A stretch of 64,000 nucleotides of DNA from Flaccisagitta enflata (taxonomy: Eukaryota), in assembly GCA_965153355.1 (NCBI GenBank), contig OZ231126.1:38192001-38256000 (forward strand). The letters are read 5' to 3'. The notes under the pieces are model-generated. The model did no database searches, was not told the origin of the DNA, and worked only from the letters and a program-made list of their open reading frames with translations. Numbering within the stretch: the stretch's first letter is position 1; each line of letters begins with the position of its first letter. The translations under genes and the position numbers were made by a program. This document shows positions 40,182 to 53,276 of the stretch, piece after piece.

Positions 40182-40254
40182 TGTCTTGGTAGTCTAGTGG
40201 TAGAGTGGCGGTTGTCAGATTATGAGGTCACTGGTTCAAATCCCAGAGGGGCAA
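40182..40254 (+). pseudogene. tRNA-like sequence (tRNA pseudogene or SINE head)
   Basis: A-box-like TAGTCTAGTGG and B-box GGTTCAAATCC at tRNA spacing; stems pair poorly. Confidence 0.5.
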
Positions 40255-40493
40255 TTTCTTTAGAATTTTGAAAAAGAAAATTTATATGAAGGATTCTTTA
40301 AAAATGATGAAACATAACATTTACGTTCAAATTAACATTACAAACGAATATATATGTATAAGAAATGAAATCATACAATAAATTAGACAAATAAGATATA
40401 AACAAAAACACAAATAAGAGGGTCAAAATGCATTATTCAAAAGCCTTGTACAGTGAAAAGCTCGTTTACACATCTACTGGTTGCCGGCACCAC

Positions 40494-40749
40494 CTGAGTG
40501 TTGGGTGTAGCTGTAGCAATCTGTTGGCCTAGCTCCTGCCCCTCTGGGACAAGATTGGTCTTCAGAGTTGACTGCTTTGCAATTAAAGCATTTCACCACA
40601 GGACAATCACAACAGTCTGTCTCCAATTTGCCATATTTAAATCCTATTCATGATGAATTGAGAAAAGTAATTATTTCAATTATGCTGTTTATCAAAATTT
40701 TGAAAATTCACTATGGGAATTTTTGAAGGAATTGATAATTGACTCTCTC

Positions 40750-40835
<86 letters not shown>

Positions 40836-41129
40836 AAACCTTTTTGTCCATTTTCCCAGCAAGATTTGACATCCACAGCTTGGCATTCGTCATTGCAACA
40901 CTTGTAAGTGGAAAGACAGTCACATCCATCATCTTGCTTGACATAATCTGGTTTCCATCTGCCTGATTGGCATTTTGTGTCATTGTTGGGAAATGACGGA
41001 GTTGGACAGTTGTTGCAAAATTTGTTTGGATTTGCGCGAGTTGGACGAGACAGAGGATCGGGCTGGAATTCAACGAGGCAATTTGATCTTTTAAAAAAGA
41101 TTATTCGGTGCATTGGTAACTATTGTGTG

Positions 41130-41189
<60 letters not shown>

Positions 41190-41297
41190 AAGATTAATTT
41201 ACCATATCCAGGCTGTCCAAGTATTCCCTTAGAGTGACTTCGTTCTTCTCAAGTTCATTCGTCCCTTCCAGTTCCTCCATCAGGCCTCTCAAAGTGT
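40494..41297 (-). CDS. Partial cysteine-rich, probably secreted protein (VWF/mucin-like Cys spacing)
   Basis: Exons 41203-41297, 40840-41062, 40494-40643 (GT-AG, in phase): acidic segment TLRGLMEELEGTNELEKNEVTLREYLDSLDM, then RPTR, then FCNNC...KC...DDGCDCLSTYKCCNDEC...SC...TDCCDCPVVKCFNC...SC...DC. No start or signal-peptide exon found. Confidence 0.6.
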
Positions 41298-41648
41298 CTA
41301 AAAGTGATATAGATAGATCGTTATTATAATCATAATCTTAAGTTCAACTTTACAAGCCTTTTGATAAGATGTTCTGTCATATATTGTCTAATGGCATTGG
41401 ATCAGGGATGTATATTGGGGCCGCGAAGGAACATGATTCCGGCTGTACCACTCGGACATTTGTGCTTTGAGTTTCTTGTGACTTACTAAGGCCACTCAGC
41501 TTCAAATTAAAGGGCCCTGAGACAAAAAAAAAAAAAAAAAAAAAAAAAACTACCGCCTTGCCACACCCTCATTCTCCATTGTAGAATTAGGAGATTTATC
41601 TTGTTCTCCCTTCTTATACATTTTAATAGAAATATGGGGTGTGGTACG

Positions 41649-42265
41649 CACTGTGCTTCTAAAAAAAATTCTCAGTGGAAAGTCATATAATTATGGGTTT
41701 TTCTGCATTTTTGAGCAGTATTGGCATGTAAGAGCATGTAACTAGCAAAAATAAAATCATTCCCCGAGCGCTTTTTGAGTAATCTTCAGAAAATAAAAAA
41801 ATTAAACCTATTTGTGATGCAGATTCCAAAGAGTTGTATTGGCTCATATTTTGATTCCATATTGTTATTCTATACAAAATTTCCTTTCATTTGATAGGTC
41901 ACACTATATGGTTTTATATAGAAATTAGGTTTTCATATTTTTAGCCACCGTTACTTTTTTGTAATGGTGACTCAAAAAATGAAAACTTTAATTCTTTGCA
42001 AAAGTATAAAGTGCGACCTATCAAATGAAAGGGAATTTTGCATAGATTAACAATATAGAATCAGAAATTTTGTCAACACATCCAAAGAGAATCTGCATTG
42101 AAATTAGGGCTATTTTTTTCTGATTTTGAAGGTTACTCAAAAAGCGCTCAGTGAATGATTTTGTTTTTGCTAGTTACATGCTCTTACACCCCAATACTGT
42201 TAAAAAATACAGAAAAACCCACAGTTATATGACTTTTCACTCAGAATTGTTTTAAAAGCACAGTG
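41649..42265. mobile_element. Chapaev-like foldback MITE (copy of the 2983-3598 family)
   Basis: CACTGTGC...GCACAGTG termini, 4-bp TSD TACG. Confidence 0.75.
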
Positions 42266-45241
42266 TACGGAGGTAGATGTTACACGCACTTGACTGAGTA
42301 ACAACGGGTTATTTTTTTCTGAGGCTCAATGTTGTTATTTGAATGACTATATGAGGCTCAAACCGTTGCTAAACTGTTATTTTTTTCTCATCAATCTTCT
42401 AATGTAACGATTGATTAGGATGTCTGTACTTCCATTCCTTTCGCTGCTTTCTCTGGAATGAAAGGGATCTAGGGTAGGAATGAAATAAAGGAGAACAACC
42501 ATTCAAAATAAGGAACAAAATGTTGTTATAACTAAAATACAGAAGAAAAAGCCACCCCTTCTTCAAAACCGCCGCATGTTACAATTGAATGCAACGGAAA
42601 TTAAAGTGAATCTAAGAGAAAAGTGGTTGGACATGAGGCTGAAATTTTGTTACATTTTTGATTTTCTGAGGCTGACGATGTTGCTACAAATGTTCTTATT
42701 TTTTGACATTTTGAGCCTCAACGTTGTTATAAAGAAGGTTGTTACTCAGTCAAGTGCGTGTATTTGATGCTGTTTTCCTTTTCAATCATATGTCCGAGTA
42801 GTAAAGCCATTTCATGTTCTATCGCGGCCCCTATGTGTAATCTATTTTTTTTCCCATCCCAGCCAAGGGGGATGGAAAAACAAAGGGTTTGGAAATACCG
42901 CCAACTTGAAAACAAACTAACTTTGGAGAAGTGCTGCTCGTCAACGAACAAACTCAAGACAACTTGATTGGTCTCTTTTTAGATGCGGACATGCAACTCT
43001 AAAATACTTTGACTATAAATTACGCCCACGAGTTTCAACTGGCACTGTCTATGAGCGTCTATCTGACTGACGACTTGTGGTGAAAGAAAGTTGGCCGATT
43101 GGAAAATAGGAAGGCGATCGTCTCGTTTATTCCCTGCCCCTGCCCCGGCCCATCCCATTAAATTCATCCATATCATCCCCATAGTAAGCTGATCGGGCAA
43201 ACGATAAAAACCAACTAAAATCCGGCGATAAAAATGCAAAAATGCAAAAGACAAAAATAACAGACCGGAAGACAAGATAAAAACAACGTTATTAAAAGCA
43301 AAGACGCGTATATAAAACTTACTTTTAGGCCCACTTTCGTTGGTTTCAACCCACAGTCTGTCGAAGTCAAATTAACGTAAATTGTCCGTTCATAAGTTTA
43401 TCTGAAATAAAAAGATGAGAGATTATTGAAATTAGTAAATTCCAAGGGCACATTCAATCAATCACGAAAAATCAATCAATCACTTTAGGAAGCAATGCCG
43501 TAAATAAAAATAAAAACAATCGATCCAAAATTGGATGACACGAAGACGAGTTACGTATGTTTGTTTACGTAATAAAAACAAATGGCATAAAATTAGGCTC
43601 CCAATTTGAAGGGTTAAAACTGATTGTACACATTAGTGCAAAATGATGTGACGTATCAAATGGTAGTTGGTGAATTTTCAAGATACCTATCCCATTGAAA
43701 ATAACCTACCATATACCCCGCCAAAAATGCCGTAATGTGCTATTTTTTAATACTAATTTTCAGTTGCTCTTTTGTCCTATCATTTTGACCGATCGAAGCT
43801 GCCATCTGGCGGCGGTTTAGTGAATCAATTAGGACATGTCAACAGCTCTCAAACACGCTCTTGTCAACGCTAAAACGAAAAGAAAATGGAAGCAAGAAAA
43901 GAATAAAGATGTGAAAAAAGTGAAGTAATGCTCATGAAAAAAATAGGAAAGAAGCAAGACGTCATTTACGTAGTCTTCCAATCTTCGGTGAAACGACCGT
44001 AATCGCGTAAGTTGGTCTTTGGCTCTTCGCTATCGTCTCTTTTCCGCGGATGAAAAGCGGAAATAAACGCAACAGGATCAATCAGGCAACAGGATTTCTT
44101 TTTTTACTGCAATAAAAACTTCGGCTCTCTCGCTCTCTCGCTCTCTCGCTCTCTCGCTCTCTCGCTCTCTCGCTCTCTCGCTCTCTTATTCTGCGCCGCT
44201 GATACAAAATTTGTTCCATCGATATGCAACGCTAGTCTAAAACCTGGGAATCTGAGTAATCTGTATTATTACCTAGGTTGTTTTGGGGCAGTTTTAAGTA
44301 GGGGCGGGATTGAGTTTTTGGGCATGGCGGAGTTCAGGGGCGCATGGTTAAGTTTAAGGGTGCGAGGTTGAGTCTGAGGGCGCAAGGTTGAGTCTAAGGG
44401 GGCAAGGTTGAGTTAAGGGCGTGAGGTTGAGTTGAGGGGCGCGAGATTGAGTTGAGGGGCGTGGGGATGTTAAGGGGGGCAGGGCTGATTAGGGCCAAGG
44501 ATTTTTTAGGGCAACTCATTCTTGTTTTGTTGAAAATAGCCTCCTGAAAGTCTTTCATTTTTCTTTTAGATTTAACCATCACAGCTCATGTTGACATTTC
44601 GCATGAACACGCAACCTACGTAGCTCGCCTCGGGTAGTCGGGTTAATAGTGAAAGTGGGACGATTGGGAACCGGAATTGGAGCGCCGATTGATTACGAAT
44701 ATAAGGTAAAATCACACACCTATATTTTTCTTAAAGAGACAAAATACCGATAAAACCCCGCCAGGGAGACGATTTAAACGGGTATATAGTGGAGCATTGG
44801 TGTTTACACGTTTTTCTTTTCATTAGAACAAAGATTCTGACAGTGTGGCTCAGTGATGTTAATTCTAATTTTATTCACAGTTAAGATATATTAATATGAT
44901 AGTTTGATATATACACAAATTGACAAAAAAAAAAGATTATTTATAAATATTTTTAAAAAATGATAAAACTATGTTTATATTGTTTAATAATAACTGATTA
45001 ATTTTAGAATCATTTTGATATTTATTGTCAAAGATTATTTTATTTTTATAGAATTAGTATTATTATTAGTATTGTTATTTTAAAATTCAGATATTGTTTT
45101 TTATGAAATTTAAAGCTGATATTTTTTTATTTTTTGTAAAGCGTTCTTATGAAAAGAAAAGCGTGTATTGGTGGTTTCAGGTGAAATGATTCAAACGGAA
45201 AACCCTCTAAAAGTTAAATTGCTTTTTCTCTTACTTCTCAG

Positions 45242-47385
45242 ATACTCACGGGCGATCTGTTTTATTCCACCAAGAAGATACCGTACCCCCTCCTCCACCC
45301 TTCCTACTCCTCCGCCAAGACAAGGCAACCGCATCCATTACGATGTCATGAAGAAAATCGTCGACCTTGTAGGTGGCTATGTAATGCTGTAATTGTTAAT
45401 AATGACTAATCTTTACTGTTATTGCCGTGCCTGAGAGAAACAATTTTCTCGAGAGACATGGAAAAAATTGATCATGTGTGCAGAATACTAAGGACCATGT
45501 TTTCTACAAAGAAAAGCTAAATACAAGGTGTGAACCCCCTGAAAACTGTAGCACCCCCACCTACAGCTCTGACTAATTATGCTACAAAATCTTTAGGGGT
45601 AGAGAAAGAATGTTTATATCAATATAAGTGACGATACCAGAGCGATTTTAATTTTGATCTCAAACTCAAGATATTGCCTTTTAAAGGTGTCAAAATGAGT
45701 TATTTTTAAAAATTCATAAAATCAAGGATTTTTTACCATTATTTCAGATTAGAATGGAAATTGCAAAATCGCTTTGGTGGCGCCACTTATATAGTCCAAA
45801 GTTGCAATATATAACTTATTACAAACAACTAATTACTGTAGTTTGATCTGTAAGGGGGGGGGGGTGCTACAGTTTCAGGGGGTTCACACCTTGTATTAAC
45901 CCTTTCTCTGTAGAGGAAGGCACCACTTGTAAGGCCGGATACACGGCACCACAGTTGCGGGAGGTTAAGGAGGGGTAGTAATGCAAAAACCGCTCGCAAT
46001 TCAGGACCTACCAGCCGACACAAGAGTTTTTTTTTCTTTCAAAATTGCGGTATCCCGGAGAATCAAGTTATCATTATCATCATTATACTTTTTCTCTTGA
46101 GTTTGTTTGTCTGTGTTTCAGGACAAAGAGGGATACAACTGTCCAGTCCAGTCTGGGAGTAGGTTCCGCAACAGCGTTTACATGATCGGCAACATCATCG
46201 ACGATGACGCTACGCCCCATTAGCTGCGTTGAGAAGTCGCAAGATACCGCAGGTCTCTCTCTCTCTTTTTAGTTGCGGACACGCAACTCTATTAGAGGCT
46301 TTGTCCGTTGGTCCGCTGGTCCGTTGGTCTGTCTGCCATGCTGGCGTTGTCACGCTCGAGTTGAAAATGCAAAAAAAGGGCATTTACTACACTTTGTTTT
46401 TACAAGAACTAGGTTTATAAGAACGTTTGGCTTCAAATCGTCAAAAATTTAAGAACATGCTAAAAACAATGGAAGGCTTGATATTTTGAAAAAAATTAAG
46501 AACATTAAGCTTAAAATCTTAAAAAACTAAGAACATTATTTTTTTTGGGTTATATTTTTTATTGATTGTTCGTTGTAAATAGACACCCTGTATCTTTTCT
46601 ATTCAGTAAATCATATTTCGCTTTATATAGCTTGTATCTTTCTACTTTCATTGATTTTAATTTACATTTTCCTTTATCATCTCCTTAATGATTAAGAACA
46701 TTCTTATGCGAAGGTTACAAAGTGCATTAGAATAGTGTATGCTGCAGTTGTTATAATGTTTGTAGGTGTGTGTTAGTGTGTTACAGGGAAGTTGGAGGTG
46801 GGGGTTTGGGTGAGGATGGGGGTTGGATGCCCCTGCCCACCCGTCCGCAACGATATTGTGACCCCACATCATTTGTTTAACATTTTTCTAGTGCTTCAAA
46901 CTCAAAACTTTGGTGTGTCAGACTGTCGGTTTGTAATTATGAAATTAATATATTTAATTATGCAACTGTGCAGTCACAAATCATACAAATATATTTTTTT
47001 CAATTACTTGTGCAAGAGGTAGTGTAGGTACATGACTATGCGTTAATTAATCTAGATTAAAGGTGCCTTATGGTCATCTTATGTAATTAGGGGTAATTCC
47101 CAAAATAATACAAGTACGTTGACCTTGTTCTGCCATGTCTTCCCTTCTTCCCTGTCTTCCCTCCTTCCCTTTCTTCCCTTCCCTTTCTTCCCTTCCCTTC
47201 CCTGTTGCAGAGGTGCTCTCGATTCTCTCATGGCATCGACGCAGTAAATCGTCCTCTATCCTCGTGCCTCGCTAGAGACTTTTGGAGGAATACTTCATAC
47301 ATAACTCTCAAGCAATTGTCGTCTCTGGGGCATGACCCGCGTCTCAAGATCTATGAACGTTTTCAACTCTGGTTTATTAGAGTGG
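45242..47385 (+). pseudogene. Putative spliced cargo gene remnant inside the TIR element
   Basis: GC-richer blocks at ~45242-45368, 46122-46251 and 47211-47385, each preceded by a pyrimidine tract + CAG, the first two followed by GT; join ...IHYDVMKKIVDL|DKEGYNCPVQSGSRFRNSVYMIGNIIDDDATPH*; stops present; no transposase motif recognised. Confidence 0.4.
45524..45893. mobile_element. Tc1-type MITE inside the TIR element
   Basis: TA|CAAGGTGTGAACCCCCTGAAA...TTTCAGGGGGTTCACACCTTG|TA. Confidence 0.8.
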
Positions 47386-48386
47386 GCAATAATATATTTC
47401 CTTTGATTCACCTATCACTACTTCTCTCTGATGAAGTTTTTTTTCTTCAAGAAACAGAGAAAGGCGTGAAATGGCTTTTATGATCATTACATTGATTTTT
47501 ACAATTACCTAGCTATATTCATATAATATGTAATTCAGTTTTGCGAAGCTTAACCCATGAATGAAGTACTTTAAAAAAAGATCTTGTTCTCATTTTAGCT
47601 TTAATCCTTGCGCGCTGATGTTGATATTTTGATTCCATGCAGATGAGAGGGGGCGGGGAGGATGTTTGAAATTTCGGAGGTTCCACACGATCAGTCAAAC
47701 TCAATTCTCTTCTTAATTTACCCAGTTTTTAGGTGCGACAAAGCACCTCTATAAGTGGCTATGTCCGTAGGTCTGTTGGTCTGTCGGTTGGTCTATCGGT
47801 TGGTAACGCATTCGTTCGACGATCCACACGTCGCACCTTATTGGCCTACTTGGCCTTGTTTTTTAGTTGGTAAGTGGATGGACAAAGCGGACTAGCAATT
47901 GGTCAAACATATTCGCGTTGGAAAGGATGAAATTGCATGAGATACTGTGTGGGTATGTGGGAGGGGGTCTGGTGGAGGTAGTTTGAAGGGGGGTTGTGTG
48001 CGACGATATTATGACCCTGCGTTACTTGTTTACATTATCAATTCTGTAAACGGCTTGCGTATTACCTCAACATTGCTGTTGTCTCGTTACGCATATTCTT
48101 TTCTGCGGAAATGGTTTTGCAATCTCAAGCGTAGGTGCGACACTGAAGATTGAACTTTAATCTATATGAAATTACACAATTATTGTTCATATTATATTGT
48201 TTACCGTAATAATTGTTTCATTTATTCATCATCTATGAGGAATAGATGTGTGCACTAATGGGTGTACACATGCTCGTCGTACGGGAAAAGAAAGTTGCAT
48301 GCTATTTGAGATGAGCAGATAAATAGAAGCGATTTGGGTCGAGATATGGCCCTTGTGTTTTAACCAACTTTTTAAGGTGGCCACTA

Positions 48387-48598
48387 CACATGGGTGCTTC
48401 ACATGGAAAAAGTTGGAAATATTTCCTCCGCTTATATAATGTTAACTTAGTTTAATCCCGCTTTAACAGATTTTCAAGGAATTTTATGTGTTATAGATGG
48501 GATTCTGTTATTATAGAAAACAAAAAATGTCTTCAAAGAACTATAAAATATATTGGGTTCTTGGAATTCCCAACTTTTGCTTAGTGAAGCACCCAGTG
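48387..48598. mobile_element. Short MITE with CAC...GTG ends and a 4-bp TSD
   Basis: CACATGGGTGCTTCAC..AAAAGTTGG / CCAACTTTT..GTGAAGCACCCAGTG; TSD ACTA. Confidence 0.7.
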
Positions 48599-49014
48599 AC
48601 TACGTTGCCATGTTCTTCAAGTGATATACGCATTTTAGACGCGTCCTCTGTAAGAGGCTAGTCCTTCCATTGGTCCATTGGTCTTAACGTTTTAATGGGT
48701 TTAAATTTAAGCAAGACCTCGCTCTCGCTCTCTTGCTCTCACGCTCTCGCTCTCTCTCCCTCTCTGTTTCCTTCTTTTTCAATTTTAGGTTGTGGACACG
48801 CAACACCATAAGAGGCTTAGTCCGTTTGTCCGTCGGTCCGTCAGTACAATCTGAAGTGGGGAAACAAGTGTTTTAGGTGCTTTTTAGGATTGAGTGTGTA
48901 AAGGGAGGGGCATGGGGTTGGATACCCCTACCCACCCGTCTGCGGCGACATGTCCCTTTCTTTTCCTTGTTTCTAATTTCGTCTAGCTGAGCAGCTACAC
49001 AGTTCTTAATAGAT

Positions 49015-49097
<83 letters not shown>

Positions 49098-50555
49098 TTG
49101 AGAGGCTGGGGCTTGAAATTTTGGATCAGGGCGTGTCTGTAATGAGTTAGAACTCAATGATTGGGTGTAGCAATTCGATTTTGCAAAATCCGAGCCTCAT
49201 GGAATCTATCCGGATTCCTGCGAACTTATATTTCATTAAGTAACAACAGTTTCGGCTGCGTTCATCGTCTGTTTCCCCCAGTCTCTCCGTGTCATCTCGA
49301 GATCGCGTAAGCCAGCGTTTGAGATCTTTGGTATCTTTTGTTTTTCTGTTTTCGCGATTTCAGCCGTTGCATAGATGGCAGATTAGAACCGACGGCAGGC
49401 GACGGCAGGCGACAAAAGAGCATTCAGAAAATCATAACATTGTTTTTATAGACACATACGTATAAATTTTGGCGGGGGGTATTGTGATCGGACATAGGTG
49501 TAATTGGTGTTCCTAAAATTCCTAAAAGTCAATTCATAAAAGCGTGCTTCGTTGCAAATCTTTCAATTCTTTCTGATTTGGGGGCCTAATAAAATACAAG
49601 GCGCAACCATATGGTTACCCATCTAGCCTTCATTATAAGAAATGGCGAGAAACAAAAGACACCGGCATTGAATAATAAGGAAAGAAGAAAAGCCAAAAGC
49701 ACGCAAAAGAAACAAAAGCACACATACTTAATAGACGGACGGACATACATTTCTAACATTCTGCCCCATTTTGGAATTTCAATTTCAAAATCTGAGCATC
49801 TAATTCCGGTGGGAAACCCTACTAAAAACACGATACTACCTTCCTTGAAAAAAAAAAAAAAATTTTACAGGAGCCCACAGCCCCAGCCCCTCCCCCCGTC
49901 CACACTCTTACATCCCCACCCCTGTTATCCAACAGATCGACGACTGCCCACCGGTGATGACTCCCCGTCCCGAAAGGATCCACCACCAGCAAATTTTAAA
50001 CGATCAACGATGGCATGGATGGAGACGAGGCGGCGACGAGGAGGTTGAAGCGCCCGTTCTGCAAAAGTTAAAGGGAAGGGGAAAGAGAGCAGACCTTAAG
50101 GGCACTCAAGCCTGGGATTTGACTTAGTGGAAAATAATAAGTGAGGGCATACTACTAAAACATGTCATACGAAAGTATTCGTAATAATGACTAAAAGACC
50201 ATGTCTAAAACAAACGCACAACAAAATGTACATATGTTCCAAGGAACCAAACAAAACAAGACAAAATGAATAAGTTACTAACTATATATAAAAACGAATC
50301 TGTAAGGTAAAAAAATTAGTAAGCATCATGGAACGACCACATCACCTGCGCCTTCTCCATTACAGAGGTGGGTCACTCGGGCTCAGCCTGTCACTCCGTG
50401 GGCAAGAAAACGATGAGAATGATGTGCGTCCATGACGACCATCGAAGAAAAGCAGGTGGTGCAGCCGTCTGAGAATGTATCCTCCCCGAAGGAAGGAAAA
50501 AGAAAGAGAGAAAGAATAGAGTAGATTGATTGGTAAAGTTCTTGTAGTACCTGAT

Positions 50556-52991
50556 TCAGTTACACAAAAAACTCAACCTCAACCCTTCTAACCAGCAGTA
50601 CTTCACGCGGCGTTTTCGCCCAGGCAGGCGGGCGTCATTCCCACCCGGGCCGCGCCCCCGACTTGGCCGGCCTGTCCATCGATGGATGAGGATGTGATGG
50701 TGGAATACGATCCTCAGCGAATGTTGGCGCTCTCCACGCCATGTTGCAAATTGGTAGTTAAATTGAACAGCAACTGGGCGTGGCACCAATCAGTGTTTAA
50801 CTGGCGGTCTGATTTTTCCAAGGTCTGGTTCGATTTTTCTTATTACCAGGCTTGGGAGCGTCTTTTTGCATTAGGATCTGCTGACCGTCTTTTTGTGCTG
50901 GAGAAGACGCTGGAGGTGGAGATGCTGCATCGCAATTCGGCGTCAGTCGAAATTTAGGACGCACGGCGGACGCTGTTGTCAAGTCGACGGCCATAGCCGC
51001 CTTCGCGCATTCCACAACTTCCTCTTTCTTCTTAGCCTTCATCGCACAGGCCTGCTTCTCCTTTTCAAGCTGCTTCTCCAGTTCCACGACTCGCTTATTG
51101 CCTTTGACCACCTCATTGTCCGCAGCCATTGCTGCTCGACTATCATCGTCTCTCTCCTTTTGGATATTGCGTCGAATCCTCGTCTAAGACTTGTGGTACT
51201 TCAACTCGTTGGCCTTGGATTGAGCGGCAACGAAGAAGTCTTTTGGAAGCCTTGATGTTAAATTCTTTACCACACCCAATGGGAGCATTTGGGGTCAGTG
51301 AAAGGAGGCTTCTGTTAACAATGACTAGCGATGTGGTGTCCATGCGCAGGGTCAAAGGCTGGATCCGACGGGGGGAGCGGGTTTGCACTTGCTGCAAACC
51401 TTGGGCAGACTCCGACTGCTGACGGGGCGCTACACCAGCTTTAACAGATGCTGAAACACCGCCCTCTAGTTCACTTCCTACCGCTGCTTTTGGCGGCTGC
51501 AGTAGAAGAGAAAGACGCGCTCGTCTGCTGACCAGAGACTTCAGGCTGAACAGCGGACGCCTTGGCTCCGCCAGTAGAACCTCCCTTAGTTGCTGCTTTG
51601 TGCTTTCTTCAAGCTCTCATGGTCTTCTTCCCTTTTGCTGCCGCTGCCCCAGGCGCTTGATTCAGCGCCACGGTTGCTGCCAGCGTTTTCGTCGGCGAAC
51701 CACTTGAAGCTTCTCCTTGGCCTTTGGGCGTTGCTAGCTGCAGGAAGCGCGCCTGGAGGCGGCAGAAGAGAACGGGCTTTGCTTTTGGAATCTGGCCCTT
51801 TTTGTTGACTCGGCTTGTTGCGCTTTTGTGAGTCTTTCCCCACATGTGATCTCTTCGGTGTTGTGAGGGAGTGACATCACGAGGACCCTGTTGCTGCTGA
51901 TTTGGGGGATGAACCAATCCAGGGCGCGATTGGCGGCTTCCTGATGCTGTAGAGTGAATTGCCGCTGATGTGGCTGCGGCTGCGTCGAGCACAAATACCG
52001 CTGGTGGAGTTGCGGAGCGCCGACGGAAGGTACTGCAGATGAGATTTCGGGTTGCATCAGGAGGCTTCGGGCCGCATTCTTCCTCTTCGTCGCCTGGACC
52101 ATGCGGCGAGACACTCATATCATGCTCCTCCTTCTTTTATTGCTTTGGATTTTGCAGCTCCAGAGTCTCAGGCAAGCTCTGTTTGATTAGCCGATGAGCG
52201 CATGAGAGTTTGTTTGTTGCAGCATGAAAGTTTTCAAACTCTTTGAAGAGAGATACTCCGACGTCTGGACTGATGATGCGTACACGCGGCACGCCTGCAT
52301 CCGTTGGTGCTTACTCCTCCAGCGTCGCAGTGTCCACTTCCGGGTCAATGTCTTTCTCCACCTCCTCTCCATTCACCAACACCTCCTCCTCTGTTTCCAT
52401 CCCCTCCTCCTCCGCTCTTGCTCCATCATTGACCAGTCTCTCTCTCTCTTCGCCCCCGCTGCATTGACTAGCAGCTGCAGACGCTTGATCGTGAGGCGCT
52501 AGGCGCCCGAAATCAAGGCAAAATTGGCGAGGCGATGGGGGCAAATCCGATGATGACGCGCCGTCGCGGGGCGATGGATAAGCCACAGTCGGCCGGCGAT
52601 TGATCGGGAATCCGCCTGCGAACCTCCATCTTTATTGACCACCAATGAAGAAGCAGCCATGAGATCATGACGTTGGATAGCTGTGGCGATTTTCAACGGC
52701 ATCATCTTGTTGACGCTTTGTCGCCATTTTGCGTCTACGGCTGAGCAATTAGCCACGTGAAAAGCTGCCAGCGAGCAGCTTCTCCTCCTCCGCCCGAGCA
52801 GCGTCGTGGATGCAGATCCTTCTCGGTAGAGCCGTCGCTGAAGAGCCGATGAAGAAATCCCGGGATCCGTGCGGCCGTGCGACCGTCGGCTTCTGCCCTC
52901 GAGGCGCTGCTGGCCAGGACATCTTGACTCCGACCGGCGACTTCCAAGATGCGAAACTGACTTAAATAGATGGAATGACGTCGTCAGCGAG
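50556..52991 (-). pseudogene. Decayed additional ORF between integrase and the 3' LTR
   Basis: GC-rich ~2.4 kb. ORFs 52311-52586 and 51609-52118 share a frame that extends to 52991 through a few stops; 51586-51843 and 50797-51129 share a second frame. Contains acidic, Ser/Pro-rich and coiled-coil-like (KRVVELEKQLEKEK) segments. Confidence 0.55.
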
Positions 52992-53276
52992 CTTTGAAAT
53001 GTTCGTTTGAGAACATTAAAGAATAAAACGGATTTTGGCATAATAATATGTACATATAGACAGAGAAGCGAATGAATCAGTGTTTTTTTAATGTATGAGA
53101 TGGAATGGACAACATATTGACAAGAGGAAAGATGAAAGCATGGATAATCAGAAACAAATATGAATAATAACAACTCTTTGTAAATATAACAAGTCAGAGT
53201 CTCAATCACTCATATCTATAGTTACTAATGGACGAGCCCATGCGCCTTTTTCTCTCTCTCTCGAAACTTAGCGTTT

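Larger units (their letters stand above)
43594..49588. mobile_element. 5995-bp non-autonomous TIR DNA element inserted in the 3' LTR
   Basis: Ends TAGGCTCCCAATTT / ATTTGGGGGCCTA; patchy inverted similarity over ~220 bp (ATACCCCGCCAAAA, TGCTCTTTTGTC, CTGCCATCT); TSD ATAAAAT at 43587-43593 and 49589-49595, confirmed by the single copy in the intact 5' LTR. Confidence 0.85.

Noticed and set aside
50556-52991. env gene
   Set aside because: No signal peptide, transmembrane segment or Cys-rich ectodomain visible; kept as an unknown ORF.
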